Assembly (NCBI GenBank): GCA_965140785.1
Contig: OZ223519.1
Location: 160,001-224,000, forward strand
DNA from: an uncultured Ruficoccus sp.
GTDB taxonomy: Bacteria > Verrucomicrobiota > Verrucomicrobiia > Opitutales > Cerasicoccaceae
DNA: 64,000 bases
Reading direction: 5' to 3'
Shown here piece after piece: positions 20,043-30,457 of this stretch. The notes beneath the pieces were generated by a model. The model made no database searches and was not told the origin of the DNA. It saw nothing but the letters and a program-made list of their open reading frames with translations. The position numbers and the translations under genes were made by a program. The number at the start of each line of letters is the position of its first letter. The stretch's first letter is position 1.

Positions 20043-21752
20043 ATGTCAGATAACGGACAGCCCAAAATGGTGACCATCAACATCGATGGCAAAGACTTCG
20101 AGGTTCCCGATGGGATGAACCTGGTGGACGCTTGTGAGAGCGTCGGCGTCGAGGTGCCGCACTACTGCTACCACCCGCACCTGACGGTGTCGGGTAACTG
20201 CCGCATGTGCCTGGTGGAGATGGGGACGCCGATGCGCGACCGCGCCACCGGCGATCCCATCATGGACGACGAGACCGGCAAGCAGAAGATCGGCTGGATG
20301 CCCAAGCCCGCCATCGCCTGCGCCAGCAAGGCCGCCAACGGCGTTCACATCAAGACCAAGAGCGAGCTGACCGAGAGCTGCCGCGAGGGCGTGATGGAGT
20401 TCCTGCTGGTCAACCACCCGCTGGACTGCCCGATCTGCGACCAGGCCGGCGAATGCCGCCTGCAGGAGTTTGCCACCGACTACGGCCGGGGCTTCAGCCG
20501 TTACGCCGAGGAGAAGAACGTCAAGCCCAAGCGCACCGTGCTGGGGCCGCGCGTGGTGCTCGACGACGAGCGCTGCATCCTGTGCTCGCGCTGCGTGCGC
20601 TTCTGCGCCGAGATCGACGAAAAGCCCGTCCTGGGCTTTGCCGAGCGCGGCAGCCATTCTTATCTGACCTGCTACCCCGGTACGCAGCTCGATAGCAACT
20701 ACTCGCTCAATACCGTGGACATCTGCCCGGTGGGTGCGCTCACCAGCACGGACTTCCGCTTCAAGATGCGGGTGTGGTTCCTCAAGCCGACCAAGTCCAT
20801 CTGCACCGAGAGCAGCGCGGGCGTCAACACCGAGGTCTGGAGCCGCGAGGGCAAACTTTACCGCGTGACCCCGCGCCGCAACGACGAGGTCAACGACACC
20901 TGGATGACCGACTCGGGCCGCGCCCTTTACAAGCTGGTCGATCGCGAGGACCGCATGCAGCGCTTCCGTATCGACGGGCAGGTCTGCTCCCTGGGCAACG
21001 CCGTGTTGCGCGCCCGCGAGCTGATCCAGCTCGGGCCGGTCGCCTACGTCGCCTCCGGCCACCTCAGCGTCGAGGAGCAGACCATGCTGCGCAAGCTCGT
21101 CGAGAAGGAGCCCGGCGCGGTCACCTTCGTCAGCCACTGCGAGCAGGGCGACGGACGCCTGATTTCCAATGACCGCACGCCCAATGTGCGCGGCGGGCTT
21201 GTCACCGGCCTCATCCGGGAGCTTCCCGTGGCCGACCTTCACAAGCTCCGCGCTCAGCTCGAAGCCGGCGAGATCAAGACCGTGGTCAGCTACGGCGAGG
21301 ACCTGATCAGCGCGGGCATCCCGCCCGAACTGCTGAAGAAGGCCAATGTCATTTACCTGGGCACGCACCGCAACGCCACCGCCGACGTGGCCCGCGTGCT
21401 CCTGCCGACCCTGACCGTTTTTGAGAAGAGCGGCACCTTTATCAACCAGCAGTTCCGGCTCCAGAAGTTCCACCAGGCCATCCCCGGCCCGGCCGGACTG
21501 ATGCCGGACATTTACATCCTCGACGCCCTGCTGGCCGAGTGCGCCGGGGGGGCACCCTGCCGCCCCTCGCTGCCGCAGATCTGGGAAGACCTGAGCGGGA
21601 GCGTGGAGATACTCAAGGGCATCGCCTTTAACAAAATTCCGGAAACCGGCCTGGTGCTGGACGGTTCGGCCTTCGCCGATCTGCCGTTCAGCGAGGGCCC
21701 TGGCTGGCACTACGAATCGCAGCGCGAACTGGCCGCCACCTCGAAATTCTAA
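20043..21752 (+). CDS. nuoG: NADH-quinone oxidoreductase subunit G
   Basis: PHYCYHP, GNCRMC, HPLDCPICDQAGEC, CILCSRCVRFC, CPVGAL. Confidence 0.94.
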   Translation: MSDNGQPKMVTINIDGKDFEVPDGMNLVDACESVGVEVPHYCYHPHLTVSGNCRMCLVEMGTPMRDRATGDPIMDDETGKQKIGWMPKPAIACASKAANGVHIKTKSELTESCREGVMEFLLVNHPLDCPICDQAGECRLQEFATDYGRGFSRYAEEKNVKPKRTVLGPRVVLDDERCILCSRCVRFCAEIDEKPVLGFAERGSHSYLTCYPGTQLDSNYSLNTVDICPVGALTSTDFRFKMRVWFLKPTKSICTESSAGVNTEVWSREGKLYRVTPRRNDEVNDTWMTDSGRALYKLVDREDRMQRFRIDGQVCSLGNAVLRARELIQLGPVAYVASGHLSVEEQTMLRKLVEKEPGAVTFVSHCEQGDGRLISNDRTPNVRGGLVTGLIRELPVADLHKLRAQLEAGEIKTVVSYGEDLISAGIPPELLKKANVIYLGTHRNATADVARVLLPTLTVFEKSGTFINQQFRLQKFHQAIPGPAGLMPDIYILDALLAECAGGAPCRPSLPQIWEDLSGSVEILKGIAFNKIPETGLVLDGSAFADLPFSEGPGWHYESQRELAATSKF

Positions 21753-21755
21753 GTC

Positions 21756-22919
21756 ATGGACTGGATCGATATTTTGCTCAAAGTGCTCTACGCCGTGCTC
21801 ATGATCGCGGTGGTCATGACGATCGCGGGTTATTCCGTGCTGGCCGAGCGTAAGATCGCCAGCTGGATTCAAGGCCGGGTCGGACCCAACCGCGCGGCCA
21901 TTCCGGGGCTCTCCGACATACCGGTGATCGGGCGCGCCATGGTCCGGCTCGGGATTTTTCAGCTTCCGGCAGACGGGTTGAAGTTCCTTTTCAAGGAAGA
22001 GCCGGTGCCCGGGCACGTGAAGAAAGTTTACTACTGCATCGCGCCGGCCCTGGCGCTGATTCCGGCCCTCGTGATCATGGTGGTGCTGCCCTTCGGCGTG
22101 TACTACGTGGACGGGCAGGCGCACCCGCTGGTCCTGGCCAACCTCGACATCGGCATCCTCTTCATCCTGGCGATCAGCTCGCTGGGGGTGTACGGGATCG
22201 TACTCGGCGGCTGGGCGGGCAACAGTAAATACCCCTTCTACGGCGGTATTCGCTCCAGCGCGCAGATGATCTCCTACGAGCTGGCCATGGGCATGAGCAT
22301 CCTGCCGGTCTTTATGTGGGCCAACGGCCCGATGGGCGGCCTCGGCGACCTCACGCTGTTCAATGTCGTCACCTCGCAGACCGCGCTGTGGAATGCCATC
22401 TGGATGCCCGTTCCGGCCTTTGTCTTTCTGACCGCGCTTTTTGCCGAAACCAACCGCCTGCCCTTTGACATGCCCGAAACCGAGACCGAGCTGGTCGGCG
22501 GTTTCCACACCGAGTACGGCGGCTTCAAGTTCGGCCTGTACTTCACCGGTGAGTACGCGCATATGGTCATCGGCTCGGCGGTCTTTACCCTGCTGTTCTT
22601 CGGCGGGTGGCAGTTCCTGCCGACCTTCGGCATCCTGCCGGAGTGGGTGGCCAACCCGTGGGCCTCGTGGGGCTGGATCGGCGCGGTTATCAGCGTGCTT
22701 TTCTTCATCGCCAAGATGTACCTGCTGATGGTGTTCTTTATCTGGATCCGCTGGACGCTCCCGCGCTTCCGCTACGACCAGGTCATGACCATCGGATGGA
22801 AGTACCTGGTGCCGATGGCGCTGGCCAGCATCATCATTTACGCATTCGTCATCGCCGGTTGGGACATCTTCGTGACTATCGATGACACGCCCGCCATCAT
22901 CGACAAGGCCCTTCCCTAA
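21756..22919 (+). CDS. nuoH: NADH-quinone oxidoreductase subunit H
   Basis: ERK..Q.RVGPN, AQMISYE, AETNRLPFD, PRFRYDQ. Confidence 0.95.
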   Translation: MDWIDILLKVLYAVLMIAVVMTIAGYSVLAERKIASWIQGRVGPNRAAIPGLSDIPVIGRAMVRLGIFQLPADGLKFLFKEEPVPGHVKKVYYCIAPALALIPALVIMVVLPFGVYYVDGQAHPLVLANLDIGILFILAISSLGVYGIVLGGWAGNSKYPFYGGIRSSAQMISYELAMGMSILPVFMWANGPMGGLGDLTLFNVVTSQTALWNAIWMPVPAFVFLTALFAETNRLPFDMPETETELVGGFHTEYGGFKFGLYFTGEYAHMVIGSAVFTLLFFGGWQFLPTFGILPEWVANPWASWGWIGAVISVLFFIAKMYLLMVFFIWIRWTLPRFRYDQVMTIGWKYLVPMALASIIIYAFVIAGWDIFVTIDDTPAIIDKALP

Positions 22920-22943
22920 TCACCCAGGAACTTCTCATCAGCC

Positions 22944-23489
22944 ATGTCCAAAGTCGTCGAACGTAAACCGCTCACTTTCCTTGAGAAGACCTACCTGCCG
23001 CAAATTCTCGGCGGGCTGAAGATCACGTTGAAAAACGCCTTCCAACCGCCGGTCACCCTGGAGTACCCGGAGGAGCGCCCGCCCATCCCGGACGGCTACC
23101 GCGGCGTGCCCACGCTGGTCCACGACCCCAATGGCCGGGAGAAGTGCGTCTCGTGCCAGCTGTGCGAGTTCGTCTGTCCGCCCAAGGCCATTCGCATCAC
23201 CCCCGGGGAAATCCCCGAGGAAAGCGAGACCGCCCACGTGGAAAAGGCCCCGCAGGACTTCGAGATCAACATGCTGCGCTGCATCTACTGCGGCATGTGC
23301 CAGGAGGTCTGCCCGGAGGAGGCGATCTTCCTGCAGGACATCTATTCGCTGGTCGGCACCTCGCGCGAGGAGCTGGTTTACCACAAGCAGAAACTTTACG
23401 AGCTGGGCGGCACGCTGCCCGACGAGCACTACAAGTGGGACAAAAAGAAAGAGGCCCACGAACGCGCCGCTGCCGGTGCCCATCATTAA
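22944..23489 (+). CDS. nuoI: NADH-quinone oxidoreductase subunit I
   Basis: Two CxxCxxCxxxCP clusters; TLEYPEE. Confidence 0.95.
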   Translation: MSKVVERKPLTFLEKTYLPQILGGLKITLKNAFQPPVTLEYPEERPPIPDGYRGVPTLVHDPNGREKCVSCQLCEFVCPPKAIRITPGEIPEESETAHVEKAPQDFEINMLRCIYCGMCQEVCPEEAIFLQDIYSLVGTSREELVYHKQKLYELGGTLPDEHYKWDKKKEAHERAAAGAHH

Positions 23490-23597
23490 ACCTAATTAAC
23501 CGATACCCGAGGGATTTTGACTTGAAAGGGCCAAGCCGATACTGAGACTTTCACAGCTTCGCCGGTGCGAACCGGCAGGCGAGAGGGACGCTACGCT

Positions 23598-24182
23598 ATG
23601 CACGACTTTTTCTTTTATCTGTTTTCCGCGCTGACGGTGCTGTCCGCCTTTCTGGTGGTGGTGAACCCGAATGCGGTCAACAGCGCGGTTTTCATGATCG
23701 TGAGCTTTGTGGGGACGGCCGCTTTGTTCCTGCTGCTGGACGCCTTCTTTTTGGCCATCCTTCAGGTGCTGGTTTACGCCGGGGCGGTCATGGTGCTGTT
23801 TTTGTTCATCATCATGCTGCTCGATGTCGAGCGCTCCGGGCGCATACGGCCCGATCTGATCACGGTGGTCGCCGCCTCGGTGGCGACGCTGCTGCTGATC
23901 TTCGGCATGGGCTATCTCTTCCTGACCGGCCATGACACCACCGTGGCCGGCCTGGCCGCGGTGCCGGATGTTCCCGGCGCGGCCAACCCGATGGAGTTCG
24001 CCACGGCCTCGCGCTCGTTCGGCTACGGACTTTTCACCAAGTACATGCTGCCTTTCCAGGTGGCGGGCTTTCTCCTGCTGGTGGCCATGATCGGTGTCAT
24101 CGTGCTGAGCAAGCGCTTCCCCGTTCCGGGGGCCGGCAAGCCCTCGGCCGAGGAGATTCGTGAAGCGGAGGTACAGTCATGA
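23598..24182 (+). CDS. nuoJ: NADH-quinone oxidoreductase subunit J
   Basis: [19 protein letters not shown]; start MHDFF. Confidence 0.93.
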   Translation: MHDFFFYLFSALTVLSAFLVVVNPNAVNSAVFMIVSFVGTAALFLLLDAFFLAILQVLVYAGAVMVLFLFIIMLLDVERSGRIRPDLITVVAASVATLLLIFGMGYLFLTGHDTTVAGLAAVPDVPGAANPMEFATASRSFGYGLFTKYMLPFQVAGFLLLVAMIGVIVLSKRFPVPGAGKPSAEEIREAEVQS

Positions 24183-24487
24183 GCTCAGTCGGTTTAAACG
24201 AATACCTTTTTGTGGCCGGACTGCTGTTCGCGCTCGGATTTTTCGGGGTGCTGCTGCGGCGGAACACCCTGGTCATTTTCATGTGCATGGAGCTGATGCT
24301 CAACGCCGTGAACCTCGCGCTGGTGGGCTTCTCCCGCTACAACCAGACGATGGACGGCAACATCTTCGTCTTTTTCATCATCACGGTGGCGGCGGCCGAG
24401 GTCGCTGTCGGGCTGGCGATTATCGTCGCCCTTTACCGCAAACGCCGGACCGTACAGGTCGAGGAACTTAACGCCCTCAGCAACTAG
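24179..24487 (+). CDS. nuoK: NADH-quinone oxidoreductase subunit K
   Basis: [21 protein letters not shown]. Confidence 0.95.
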   Translation: MSSVGLNEYLFVAGLLFALGFFGVLLRRNTLVIFMCMELMLNAVNLALVGFSRYNQTMDGNIFVFFIITVAAAEVAVGLAIIVALYRKRRTVQVEELNALSN

Positions 24488-26425
24488 ATGAATCCTCTGG
24501 AACTGCTTGCGATCATTCTGCTCATCCCGCTGGCCTCAGCGGCGATCATTTGCCTGTTTTTACGACGCGGCGGCTACTGGGCCTCAGCGGTCTCGGTGCT
24601 GGCGGCGCTCGGCATCCTGGGCTTCAGCTTCTATTTTCTGCTGACCTGGAACGGCGAAACGATCACCGGCTCGATCCCCTGGCTGCAACTGGGGCAGGAC
24701 TACTCCTTTGACCTGGGCTTTCTCTTTAACCACGAGGCGGCCACCATGCTGGCGGTCGTGGCCTTCGTCGGCTTCTGGATCCACGTCTTCAGCGTTGGGT
24801 ACATGGACGACGACAAGGACAAGGGCCGCTTCTTCGGCGGGCTGTCGATCTTCATGTTCTCGATGCTCGGGATCGTGCTGGCCGACAACCTGTTCATGAT
24901 CTTCGTCTTCTGGGAGCTGGTCGGCTTCAGCTCGTACATGCTGATCGCCCACTACTGGGACAAAGACTTCGCCGCCGCCGCCTCGAAGAAGGCTTTCATC
25001 GTCAACCGGATCGGGGACTTCGGTTTCCTCGTCGGCATCGCCTGGGCCTACCACTACTACGGCACCGCCGACATCTCCGCCATCACGGCGCAGATTGTGA
25101 GCGGGCAGAGTGGGGCGGTCACCGGCATCGGCCTGCTGCTGATGTGCGGCTTTATCGGTAAGAGCGCGCAATTCCCCCTCCAGGTGTGGCTGACGGACGC
25201 CATGGCGGGCCCGACCCCGGTCTCGGCCCTCATCCACGCGGCCACCATGGTCGCCGCCGGTATCTATTTCATGGTCCGGGTCTTCTTCCTGCTCACCCCC
25301 TTCGCGCTGGAGTGGATCCTGTGGTCGGGTGCGATCATGACCGTCTTCGCCGGTTTCTGTGCGCTGGGGCAGGTGGACATCAAAAAATCGCTCGCGTACT
25401 CCACGCTGGCGCACCTGGGCTACATGGCCACGGCCATCGGGCTGGGCTTCCCGGGGCTGGCCATCATGCACATGGCCATGCACGCCTGTTTTAAGGCCAC
25501 GCTCTTCCTCTGCTCGGGGTCGGTCATCCACGCCTGCCACCACGAGCAGGATATGTTCAAGATGGGCGGTCTGGCCAAGAAGATGCCCGTCACCTTCATC
25601 GCTTTCTTCGTCGCCACGCTGTCCATTTCCGCCGTGCCCTTCACCGCCGGTTATTACAGTAAGGACACGATCATCGCCGGGGCCTGGGGCAAATTTGCCG
25701 CCGGTCACGGAGACGCCTACGCCTGGGCCTTTGGCCTGACCATGCTCGGCGCGCTGCTGACCGCCCTGTACATGGGCCGCATGCTCTTCGTCGTCTTCTT
25801 CGGCAAGCCCAACTCCGAGAAAGCCTCCCACGCCAAGGAAAGCAGCCCGTGGATGACGGTGCCGCTTGTCGTGCTGGGCTGGATTATGTCGCTGGGCGCG
25901 GGCTGGTTCGTCTATCACTGGCTCTGGGCCGACGGCGCGATGAACGCCCTCGTCCCCGCCGACGTGGCGCAGTTCATGGTCAACGGCTACTCGCATGCCG
26001 CCGGTGGCTGGGAGGCTGCCCACCACCTCTTCGAGGAGTCCGGCGCGCACTGGGTCGAGTACCTGAGCTGGGGCTGCATCATTGGCGGCTTCCTCTTCAC
26101 TTTCTTCTTCTACGGGCGCGGCCCGGCGCAGGACCGCCTGCAGGCGAAGGCCCCCGGCCTTTACCATGTGCTGGAGCGCCACGGCTGGTTTGACGACATT
26201 TACGACTTCTACGTTTCCCACATCCAGCAACGCTTCGCCGACTTTATCGCGTTCATTGACCAGGCCGTGATCGGCGGGTTGATCGTGCGCGGGTCGGGCG
26301 CGGTCGCCGGGTTGGTCGGGATGGTTTCACGCTCGCTGCACGTGGGCAGTATTCACGGTTATGTTTATTGGTTTATCGCCGGTGTCATTCTCTTTGGCGC
26401 CTTTGCTCTGGGACTGCTACGATGA
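24488..26425 (+). CDS. nuoL: NADH-quinone oxidoreductase subunit L
   Basis: NRIGDFG, GKSAQFPLQVWLTDAMAGPTPVSALIHAATMV. Confidence 0.95.
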   Translation: MNPLELLAIILLIPLASAAIICLFLRRGGYWASAVSVLAALGILGFSFYFLLTWNGETITGSIPWLQLGQDYSFDLGFLFNHEAATMLAVVAFVGFWIHVFSVGYMDDDKDKGRFFGGLSIFMFSMLGIVLADNLFMIFVFWELVGFSSYMLIAHYWDKDFAAAASKKAFIVNRIGDFGFLVGIAWAYHYYGTADISAITAQIVSGQSGAVTGIGLLLMCGFIGKSAQFPLQVWLTDAMAGPTPVSALIHAATMVAAGIYFMVRVFFLLTPFALEWILWSGAIMTVFAGFCALGQVDIKKSLAYSTLAHLGYMATAIGLGFPGLAIMHMAMHACFKATLFLCSGSVIHACHHEQDMFKMGGLAKKMPVTFIAFFVATLSISAVPFTAGYYSKDTIIAGAWGKFAAGHGDAYAWAFGLTMLGALLTALYMGRMLFVVFFGKPNSEKASHAKESSPWMTVPLVVLGWIMSLGAGWFVYHWLWADGAMNALVPADVAQFMVNGYSHAAGGWEAAHHLFEESGAHWVEYLSWGCIIGGFLFTFFFYGRGPAQDRLQAKAPGLYHVLERHGWFDDIYDFYVSHIQQRFADFIAFIDQAVIGGLIVRGSGAVAGLVGMVSRSLHVGSIHGYVYWFIAGVILFGAFALGLLR

Positions 26426-28017
26426 CGGACTTTAATTCCTTGCTGCTAATCCTCGCCATCGTCATCCCGCTGGCTGCGGCGGTGCTGCTGTTTTTCGGGC
26501 AAAAGCTCGGCAACTGCGCCGCCAAGCTCATCGCCGGGATCGGTTTTCTGGCCCCGGCCGCCATCGCGCTGTGGCTGTGGGGTAACTTCGGCGACGCCGC
26601 GCACAACGCCGCCGGCTACGCCTACCTGAGCCAGTTCGACCTGGGGATGAAGGAAACGCTCGGCATCAGCCTCTACCTGGGGCTCAACGGCATCTCCGCG
26701 CCGCTGTTTCTGCTGGCCGGGATCGTCGGGCTGGCCGCCGGCTGGCAGGCCATGAACTCGAAGGCCGAGCGACTGCCGCAGTATCTGCTGCTCCTGCTGG
26801 TCATGCAGGCCGGACTGATGGGCGTCTTTGCCTCGATCGACATTTTCTTCTTCTACTTCTTCCACGAACTGGCGCTGATCCCGACCTTTATCATGATCGG
26901 TATCTGGGGCGGGGCCGGGCGCCGCTCGGCCGCGATGGAGATGACCATTTACCTGACGCTTGGAGCGATGCTCTCACTGCTCGGGCTGATCTACATCTAC
27001 AAGGCCACCGACTGGACGGGCTTCGACCTGATCGCGCTGCGCGAGTATGTGGCGGCGAACAGCATCTCCGATGTCGTTCAGCACAACATCTTCGGGCTGC
27101 TGCTGTTTGGCTTCGGCATCCTCGTTTCGCTCTTTCCCTTCCACTCGTGGGCGCCGCGCGGGTACGCCGCCGCCCCCACAGCCAACGCCATGCTCCACGC
27201 CGGGGTGCTGAAAAAGTTCGGCCTCTACGGGCTCGTCCAGATCGCGGCCCCACTGCTGCCGCTGGGCGCGCTGGAGTGGAATCCGCTGCTGATCTGGCTG
27301 GCGCTGGGGAATATTCTTTTCATCGGTCTGGTGACGATCGCCCAGCGCGACCTCAAGCTCATGATTGGTTACAGCTCGGTCATGCACATGGGCTACATCT
27401 TCCTCGGGATCGCCACCCTGTCGGTGGCCGGGGTCGGCGGCGCGGTCATCCTGATGTTCGCGCACGGCCTGTCCGTGGCGCTGATGTTCCTGCTCTCCAC
27501 CGCCGTTTACGACCGCACCGGCACCTACGACATGCGCGACATGGGCGGCCTCGGCCTGAAGGCCCCGGTTCTGGCCGGCTTCTTCGTCGCCGCGACCATG
27601 GCCAGCATCGGCTTGCCGGGCTTCGCCAACTTCTGGGGCGAGTTCACCATCTTCATCGCCCTGTGGCAAAATCACCCCTGGGCGGTGGCTCCGGCTGTGC
27701 TCGGGGTGGTCATCTCGGCTATCTACGGGCTGCGTGCCTCCGCCGCGATTTTCATGGGACCGCCGACCGAGTCCTTCCAGGCAGCCAGCGCGGGCAAGCC
27801 CATCGGCGACATTACCCGTGCCGAGCGCATCCCGGCGATTATTCTTTTCCTCGGTCTGGTGCTGGTCGGTTTCTGGCCGCGCTCGATCTCCAACACGATT
27901 GACCAGCAACTGATGAGCGAACCCGTCTATCAGTCCCGCGTACTCTCCACGGTCCCGGCTCCGGCGGCACCCACGCCCGCCGCCAACGGCCATGAACACG
28001 AGGAGTCGGCATCATGA
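26422..28017 (+). CDS. nuoM: NADH-quinone oxidoreductase subunit M
   Basis: PFHSWAP, YSSVMHMG, GLPGFANFWGE; start MTDFNS overlapping the nuoL stop. Confidence 0.94.
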   Translation: MTDFNSLLLILAIVIPLAAAVLLFFGQKLGNCAAKLIAGIGFLAPAAIALWLWGNFGDAAHNAAGYAYLSQFDLGMKETLGISLYLGLNGISAPLFLLAGIVGLAAGWQAMNSKAERLPQYLLLLLVMQAGLMGVFASIDIFFFYFFHELALIPTFIMIGIWGGAGRRSAAMEMTIYLTLGAMLSLLGLIYIYKATDWTGFDLIALREYVAANSISDVVQHNIFGLLLFGFGILVSLFPFHSWAPRGYAAAPTANAMLHAGVLKKFGLYGLVQIAAPLLPLGALEWNPLLIWLALGNILFIGLVTIAQRDLKLMIGYSSVMHMGYIFLGIATLSVAGVGGAVILMFAHGLSVALMFLLSTAVYDRTGTYDMRDMGGLGLKAPVLAGFFVAATMASIGLPGFANFWGEFTIFIALWQNHPWAVAPAVLGVVISAIYGLRASAAIFMGPPTESFQAASAGKPIGDITRAERIPAIILFLGLVLVGFWPRSISNTIDQQLMSEPVYQSRVLSTVPAPAAPTPAANGHEHEESAS

Positions 28018-29534
28018 ACAAGGAACTTCTCAACCAGCTCTCGGAGCAATTCGTATCGACCAACCAGTGGGGCGCCCTCTGGCCGGAAATTTCGCTGGCC
28101 CTGCTCGCCGTGCTGGTCCTGCTGATCGACCTGTTCGCCCCCCGCGTGCGCGACCGGGCCGTGCCCTTCGCGGCCATCGGCGGGCAGATTGTGATTCTTG
28201 CCATTCTGGTCTCGAAGCTGGGCACCGGTACCGGCGAGGAGCAGCTTCTCTTTGGCGGCATGGTGCTGACGACGAATCTGGCGGCGGTCATGCAGGTGTT
28301 TTTCCTGCTCGCCTCGATCCTGGTCTGCTGGCTGGGCGCGATCTACCTGCGCAAGCAGCCGCTGCCGCGGATGGAGTTCTACTGCCTCACGCTGATGGTG
28401 ACGGCGGCTCTCATGCTGCTGGGCCAGAGCTCGAACTTCGTCATGCTCTTTGTCGCGCTGGAAACGGTGACAATCGGCTTCTACGTGCTGGTCAGCTACG
28501 GGCGTAACAGCGCCTTCTCGCTCGAAGGCGGCCTCAAGTACCTCGTCCTCGGTGGCACCAGCACCGCGATCCTGCTCTTCGGCATCGTGCTGCTCTACGG
28601 GGTGGCCGGCGACCCGAGCCTGCCCGGCCACACCAGCGATTCCCTCAATTTCCTCGCTCTGGAGCAGTTCCTGGCCGCCAACTCCGGCAACGTCCTGGCC
28701 AAGGTCGGCGTCGTTCTGGTGCTGTGCGGCATCTGCTTCAAGATCGGGGCCGTGCCCTTCCAGATCTGGATCCCCGACGTTTATCAGGGTGCGCCCACGC
28801 CGGTGACGGCCTTCCTCGCCGTCTCCTCCAAGGCTGCGGGCTTTATTGTCCTGATCAACCTGCTGACGGGTCCCTTCGGCCCGATGAAGGAGCTGACCCT
28901 GCCGCTGCTCTCGGCCATCACGATCGTGACGATCCTCTTCGGCAACTTCACCGCGCTGGGCCAGCGCAACGTCAAGCGCGTCATCGGCCTGTCCGGGATT
29001 GCCCACGCCGGGTACCTCCTGTTGGGCATCGTGGCGCTGATCCAGGGGGTCGAACTGGCCGCCTGGGCCGTGATTTTCTATTTGTTCACCTACCTCTTCG
29101 GCTCCTTCACCGTCTTCGGCGTCATGGCCCATCTGGCCGGACCCGACGACGAAAACCAGGAGGTCGACCACTATGTGAATCTCGCCCGCCGTCAGCCGTT
29201 TCTGGCCGGGGTGCTGGCCATCGGGCTGGGCTCGCTGGCCGGGATTCCGCCGCTGGCCGGCTTCATCGGGAAGGTTTTCCTCTTCGTGGTCGCTTTCCAG
29301 GCCAACCTCTACCTGCTGCTGGCCGTGGCCATCATCGGGGTGGTGATCTCGATCTACTACTACTTTGGCTGGATGCGCGAAGCCTTCTTTCAGGAGCAGT
29401 CCTGGCCCGAGGGTAAGGAAGAAAAGCTCGAACCCCTCAAAGTCTGCCTCTGCAATAAGGTCGCGCTGGCCGTGCTCGCCATCATCACCGTGGTGCTCGG
29501 CATCTACCAGGGCGGCTTCGGCGCCGGATTCTAA
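28014..29534 (+). CDS. nuoN: NADH-quinone oxidoreductase subunit N
   Basis: FKIGAVPFQIWIPDVYQGAPTPV, SLAGIPPLAGFIGK. Confidence 0.95.
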   Translation: MNKELLNQLSEQFVSTNQWGALWPEISLALLAVLVLLIDLFAPRVRDRAVPFAAIGGQIVILAILVSKLGTGTGEEQLLFGGMVLTTNLAAVMQVFFLLASILVCWLGAIYLRKQPLPRMEFYCLTLMVTAALMLLGQSSNFVMLFVALETVTIGFYVLVSYGRNSAFSLEGGLKYLVLGGTSTAILLFGIVLLYGVAGDPSLPGHTSDSLNFLALEQFLAANSGNVLAKVGVVLVLCGICFKIGAVPFQIWIPDVYQGAPTPVTAFLAVSSKAAGFIVLINLLTGPFGPMKELTLPLLSAITIVTILFGNFTALGQRNVKRVIGLSGIAHAGYLLLGIVALIQGVELAAWAVIFYLFTYLFGSFTVFGVMAHLAGPDDENQEVDHYVNLARRQPFLAGVLAIGLGSLAGIPPLAGFIGKVFLFVVAFQANLYLLLAVAIIGVVISIYYYFGWMREAFFQEQSWPEGKEEKLEPLKVCLCNKVALAVLAIITVVLGIYQGGFGAGF

Positions 29535-29580
29535 CGCGGATTCGTTTTTTTTATCTGGGCTTGTGCAGTCCAGACCCGCC

Positions 29581-29789
29581 CCGGGTTGCACCCGGTGGCA
29601 CTGAGGGGAACAAGTTGCAGGACCGAGTCCTGCACCTGTGATGTGCTTCCGCATCACGGCATGGGCAACCCGTGATTAACACCGGCTCAAACGAACTTCG
29701 CCAAGCACGACCTGCGGGAGGCGCGAAACTTGTAGGCAAATGGGTATTGACTGCAAGTTCCCCTACGCGGCCAGAAAGGCCGCTACCCC
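29581..29789 (+). repeat. GTAG multi-hairpin repeat copy with a 145-bp insert in the loop of its middle hairpin
   Basis: CCGGG-TTGCA-CCCGG TGGCACTGAGGGGAAC[insert]GTTCCCCTAC GCGGCC-AGAAA-GGCCGC TACCCC; flanks match 37246-37309 and 39765-39823. Confidence 0.75.
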
Positions 29790-29841
29790 TGATTGCTCGT
29801 CCAGCCGGACCCTTTCTGGCTCCGATGGGGCTATCGCCCCA

Positions 29842-29899
29842 TTTAGATTAACTACACAAGCCAAGGGCGCAGTCAGCATTTAAATTATTGACCTGACCC
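29842..29899. repeat. 58-bp direct repeat, left copy
   Basis: 49/58 ungapped identity to 30653-30710 by manual alignment. Confidence 0.85.
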
Positions 29900-29945
29900 C
29901 TTCGGGTGACCCCCTAGGTGCCTTTCGATAGAAAGTAATATTTAA

Positions 29946-30452
29946 TCAATAAATTTCAATAATATCAACTTCTTCTCCTTCCGTAGGAATTTTCATTAAG
30001 TCAGGGACCATACGATTTCCAACATTAGCATTGTCCTCCTTCAGTAAATCTTGACCTCTTGCATTGTGAGGATCAAACTTAATAGAGGAACAATTGAATT
30101 CCCCTGCTTGATATTTCTTTTCAATCTCTTGAAGTAATGCAAAAGCCTCTTGCTGCCCAGGCCTCAACTGCTTCTTTTTTTCAAGCTTTCGATAATAGAA
30201 ACCAGGCCGTCCCATGCAGTACACCATCAAGGCTGTTCCTCTGTCACAAAGTGGATGGCAGATTACTTTGCGCAAGACATCTATGTTTCCATCTGCATTG
30301 AAGTTCCCTGCGAACTGGTGAAGCTCCTCGGAGGTCTCAACCTCAGAAAGAGCTAGATCCAACTTTCTTTCTGACTCATTAATATCATCAGAAACCCACT
30401 GATCGAGTAGCAGATATTTGAGACGACTCATTTGTTTTTCCGAATATTTCAT
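29946..30452 (-). CDS. DUF4274-like protein, putative toxin immunity protein
   Basis: ELHQFAGNFNADG...VICHPLCDRGTALMVY matches the DUF4274 pattern LH..A..NWDDG..P.CD..TAL..Y; low GC; starts 5 nt after a toxin-like ORF. Confidence 0.7.
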   Translation of the reverse strand: MKYSEKQMSRLKYLLLDQWVSDDINESERKLDLALSEVETSEELHQFAGNFNADGNIDVLRKVICHPLCDRGTALMVYCMGRPGFYYRKLEKKKQLRPGQQEAFALLQEIEKKYQAGEFNCSSIKFDPHNARGQDLLKEDNANVGNRMVPDLMKIPTEGEEVDIIEIY

Positions 30453-30457
30453 AATAT

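Noticed and set aside
23490..23597. Internal promoter before nuoJ (TTGACT at 23517)
   Set aside because: The -10 element is poor; it cannot be supported beyond the existence of a 108-nt gap
20046..29657. Long - strand ORFs opposite nuoG-N (838, 548, 575 aa)
   Set aside because: Shadow frames of well-supported nuo genes
29554..29842. tmRNA, RNase P, SRP or group II intron identity
   Set aside because: Hallmark motifs not found on either strand; kept only as an unassigned structured region
29842..29899. 58-bp repeat as canonical dif or attC
   Set aside because: Only a partial XerD-arm likeness (TTAATCTAAAT on the minus strand), no XerC arm, and no RYYYAAC...GTTRRRY pairing
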